This document shows positions 30,098 through 32,000 of a stretch of DNA of 32,000 nucleotides, piece by piece. Made by a program: the position numbers and the translations under genes. Source of the stretch: Ignicoccus hospitalis KIN4/I (GTDB lineage Archaea; Thermoproteota; Thermoprotei_A; Sulfolobales; Ignicoccaceae). The stretch covers positions 420,001 to 452,000 of the forward strand of contig NC_009776.1 in NCBI RefSeq assembly GCF_000017945.1. The letters run 5' to 3'. A model generated the notes under the pieces. That model was not told the DNA's origin and did no database searches. It was given only the letters and a program-made list of their open reading frames with translations. Numbering within the stretch: the first letter of the stretch is position 1; each line of letters starts with the position of its first letter.

Positions 30098-30105
30098 CTA
30101 TATTA
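30098..30105 (+). promoter_or_regulatory. TATA-like box upstream of the 30140 ORF
   Basis: ctatatta lies 38 nt upstream of ATG 30140, after the oligo-T that follows EF-1beta. Confidence 0.35.
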
Positions 30106-30139
30106 GGTATGAGGGCGACTGACCCTTAGGGGCCGCCCG

Positions 30140-30763
30140 ATGAGCTTAGCCCTAGCGCGCGTAAGGGAGTTCTTGGAAGAGTACGGGGAGAGGGCGGCCC
30201 TCGTGCTCAAGGCTGCCCTCCAAGTTACTGACAAGTACAGGGCGGAGGGCAAGAACGCGCTGGGGGACTTCGACTACAAGGGGCTTACCCAAACTCTGAA
30301 ACTGATGGGGGTGGAGTACAAGCCCTCCTTGCTCCTATCGAAGTTAGAGAAAGAGTACGGAATAATTGAGACCACCTACAAGTCGGGAAACCAGCACTGG
30401 TGGAGGTTCGTAGAGGAGGACGCCGTAAGGGAGGCCTTGGAAGAGGAGGACGAAGTAGAGGACCCCAAGTTGGTGATGCTGAAGGTCCAAGCGGCCGCGT
30501 TGGGGCTGGAAGAAATTAAGGGGAAGCTCAAGCTCCTCCTCTCCAAGAAGAGGCTGAGCGCCTCGGACAAGAAGTGGTTCCGGAACTTCGCGTTCGAAAC
30601 GCTACCCTTGGTAGCGAAGCTCGCGCAGGAGGTAGTGGAGGAGGGCTACGAGGACCCCGAACTCTTGGAGGCTTTGAGGGTTCTGAAGCTCTCCCTCAAG
30701 GTGGCGTCCAAGCTCAAATCTAAGGTCCCGCTCGACTTGCCCTCCTTGGAGGTGGAGGAGTGA
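30140..30763 (+). CDS. Hypothetical protein (possible winged-helix N-terminal domain, acidic/coiled C-terminal half)
   Basis: 207-aa ATG-initiated ORF, 38 nt downstream of the ctatatta box. Its stop overlaps the next start (GTGA at 30760-30763). No family recognised. Confidence 0.5.
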   Translation: MSLALARVREFLEEYGERAALVLKAALQVTDKYRAEGKNALGDFDYKGLTQTLKLMGVEYKPSLLLSKLEKEYGIIETTYKSGNQHWWRFVEEDAVREALEEEDEVEDPKLVMLKVQAAALGLEEIKGKLKLLLSKKRLSASDKKWFRNFAFETLPLVAKLAQEVVEEGYEDPELLEALRVLKLSLKVASKLKSKVPLDLPSLEVEE

Positions 30764-31611
30764 GCTGGGAGCCCCTAGCTTCGGAGACCTTGGGAGTTAG
30801 GAGCATGGCCCTCGCGGTGGGAAGGGTAGTCATAGACCCCTCCGCCTCCCTGGCCCCCAAGCGGTTCGGCTTGCCCCCTCACCCCTTGGAGTGGGGGGCG
30901 CTGAAGGAGGCGGCCGAGAGGATAGTGAGGGCCGTGGAGAGGAGCGAGGCCGTCGTCATAACCCACTACCACCGCGACCACTACAACCCCGGCTGGCTCT
31001 ACGACTATTCCGTTTACGACGGAAAGACCCTATTCATTAAGGATCCCAAGAACAACATCAACGTCAGCCAGAAGATAAGGGCGCACAAGTTCTTGAAGGC
31101 TCTGGAGAAGATGAAGGTGAACGTTCGGGTCGTGGTGGCCGACGGGAGGGAGTTCGAGGAGTTCGACCTCTCCTTCTCCCCTCCATTAGTGCACGGAGAA
31201 CCGAAGTTGGGTTATGTAATAGCCGTCAAAGTCGGGAAGGTCTTGTTTACCTCGGACATAGAGGGAGGGGACGAGGCCGCTAGGGAGTGGGCCAAGTCCC
31301 AAGGGGCCGAAGTGTTGATCGCCGACGGCCCTCCGCTGTACTTAAAGAAGGAGTTCGACGTGGAGGGCTTCAAGGAGTTCTTGCGCTCCTTCCCCTTCGC
31401 GGTGGTGGACCACCACCCGGCCCGGGTGGCCTCTTGGAGGGAGGCCTTGGGGCCCGTGAGGGCCTACTCGGACGTCTTGGGGGTCGAGGAGAGGCTCTTG
31501 GAGGCCAAGAGGAGGGAGCTGTACGAGCTCCACCCGGTGGAGGAGGGGTGGTTTAAGTTTCGCTTCCGAGACATGAGGTCTATCTATTTTACAGAAAACC
31601 CTATTAATTAG
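30760..31611 (+). CDS. UPF0282-family metallo-beta-lactamase-fold protein
   Basis: ETLGVRSMA, DPSASLAPKRFGLPPHP, ITHYHRDHY (HxHxDH), LFIKDPKNNINVSQK, LGYVI, FTSDIEGG and DGPPLYL match archaeal UPF0282 proteins as I remember them. Confidence 0.8.
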   Translation: MSWEPLASETLGVRSMALAVGRVVIDPSASLAPKRFGLPPHPLEWGALKEAAERIVRAVERSEAVVITHYHRDHYNPGWLYDYSVYDGKTLFIKDPKNNINVSQKIRAHKFLKALEKMKVNVRVVVADGREFEEFDLSFSPPLVHGEPKLGYVIAVKVGKVLFTSDIEGGDEAAREWAKSQGAEVLIADGPPLYLKKEFDVEGFKEFLRSFPFAVVDHHPARVASWREALGPVRAYSDVLGVEERLLEAKRRELYELHPVEEGWFKFRFRDMRSIYFTENPIN

Positions 31612-31640
31612 GTCACGGGGCTTCAGACGGCGATCAATCA

Positions 31641-32000
31641 GTGCCCGCCGCCGCCAGAGTGCCCCTCTTCGTTGACGATTTGGTGATGGTAGGGGTAAAC
31701 TACAAGACGTCCGGGAAGGAGCTGGTCGAGAAGGCCCAGTTCCCCGACCCTCTGGCGGCCTACTCGGCGATCAGCAGGATACCGGCAGTGAGGGAAGTGG
31801 TCCTACTCCAGACTTGCAATAGGGTAGAAGTTTACGCAATAACGACTAACAAAAAGGCCACTGTAGAGTCCATCAAGAGCTTGTTGGAAGCTAGGGCGGG
31901 GGAGCCCATACCGGAGGAAAAGTTCGTCATTTACTACGGCACGGACGCCGTGAGGCACTTGTTCCGCGTGGCAGCTGGTTTGGAATCCATGGTGCTCGGA
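31641..32000 (+). CDS. hemA: Glutamyl-tRNA reductase, 5' part (continues beyond the window)
   Basis: My own translation gives ...MVGVNYKTSGKELVEKAQF...VVLLQTCNRVEVYAITTN...HLFRVAAGLESMVLG, all classic HemA motifs. Candidate starts are GTG 31641, GTG 31659, TTG 31680, GTG 31683 and ATG 31686. There is no stop in the window. Confidence 0.9.
   Translation, partial: MPAAARVPLFVDDLVMVGVNYKTSGKELVEKAQFPDPLAAYSAISRIPAVREVVLLQTCNRVEVYAITTNKKATVESIKSLLEARAGEPIPEEKFVIYYGTDAVRHLFRVAAGLESMVLG

Noticed and set aside
1-32000. CRISPR arrays, rRNA/tRNA genes, IS elements, integrases, prophage or toxin-antitoxin modules
   Set aside because: I scanned the spacers and ORF products for direct-repeat arrays, T-loop/acceptor patterns, DDE/tyrosine-recombinase motifs and small paired ORFs. 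None could be supported.

Overview
Gene-dense, GC-rich archaeal chromosomal segment. It holds about 40 credible CDS on both strands and is more than 90% coding. Spacers are mostly under 150 nt, and many start/stop overlaps have the ATGA, TTGA, GTGA or TGATG form.

Recognisable genes: class-I HMG-CoA reductase, archaeosine tRNA-guanine transglycosylase, RNA 2'-phosphotransferase KptA/Tpt1 directly followed by a short Thg1-like gene, MBF1, two divergent radical-SAM genes, a small alpha/beta hydrolase, HypE, a COG3044-type ABC-class ATPase, Lrp/AsnC, PyrE, a GPCGG-domain::MetF fusion, a 4xCBS protein, DUF1028, a hydrogenase maturation endopeptidase plus a degenerate paralogue, DUF211, a TtuA/Ncs6-like PP-loop enzyme, a CYTH protein, the COG2888 Zn-ribbon + aEF-1beta pair, a UPF0282 MBL-fold protein, precorrin-2 dehydrogenase and the 5' part of hemA. 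A 951-aa CARDB/S-layer-like repeat protein is translationally coupled to an FtsX-type permease.

The proteins are Glu/Lys/Arg/Val-rich, AGG/AAG/ATA codons are favoured, TTG/GTG starts are frequent, and AT-rich TATA-like boxes sit 30-40 nt upstream of starts. This fits a hyperthermophilic crenarchaeon. Desulfurococcales, Ignicoccus-like, is my guess and is inference only.

I found no rRNA, tRNA, CRISPR array, transposase/integrase or clear prophage. Most long ORFs antisense to these genes in the supplied track look like GC-driven artefacts.

Best candidates for undescribed biology:
1. A five-gene, overlap-coupled operon (26724-29059) joining a catalytically dead and a live hydrogenase-maturation protease paralogue to DUF211 and a PP-loop sulfurtransferase.
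2. A KptA-Thg1 RNA 5'-end cassette whose Thg1 gene lacks a canonical start where homology begins and needs a -1 shift to reach its apparent C-terminus.
3. An ABC-class ATPase overlap-coupled (TGATG) to a Cys-rich secreted glycoprotein, with a 21-bp palindrome just inside the second cistron.
4. An Mrr/Hjc-like nuclease paired with a lower-GC repeat protein.

All functional calls come from motif recognition by eye. No database search was run.
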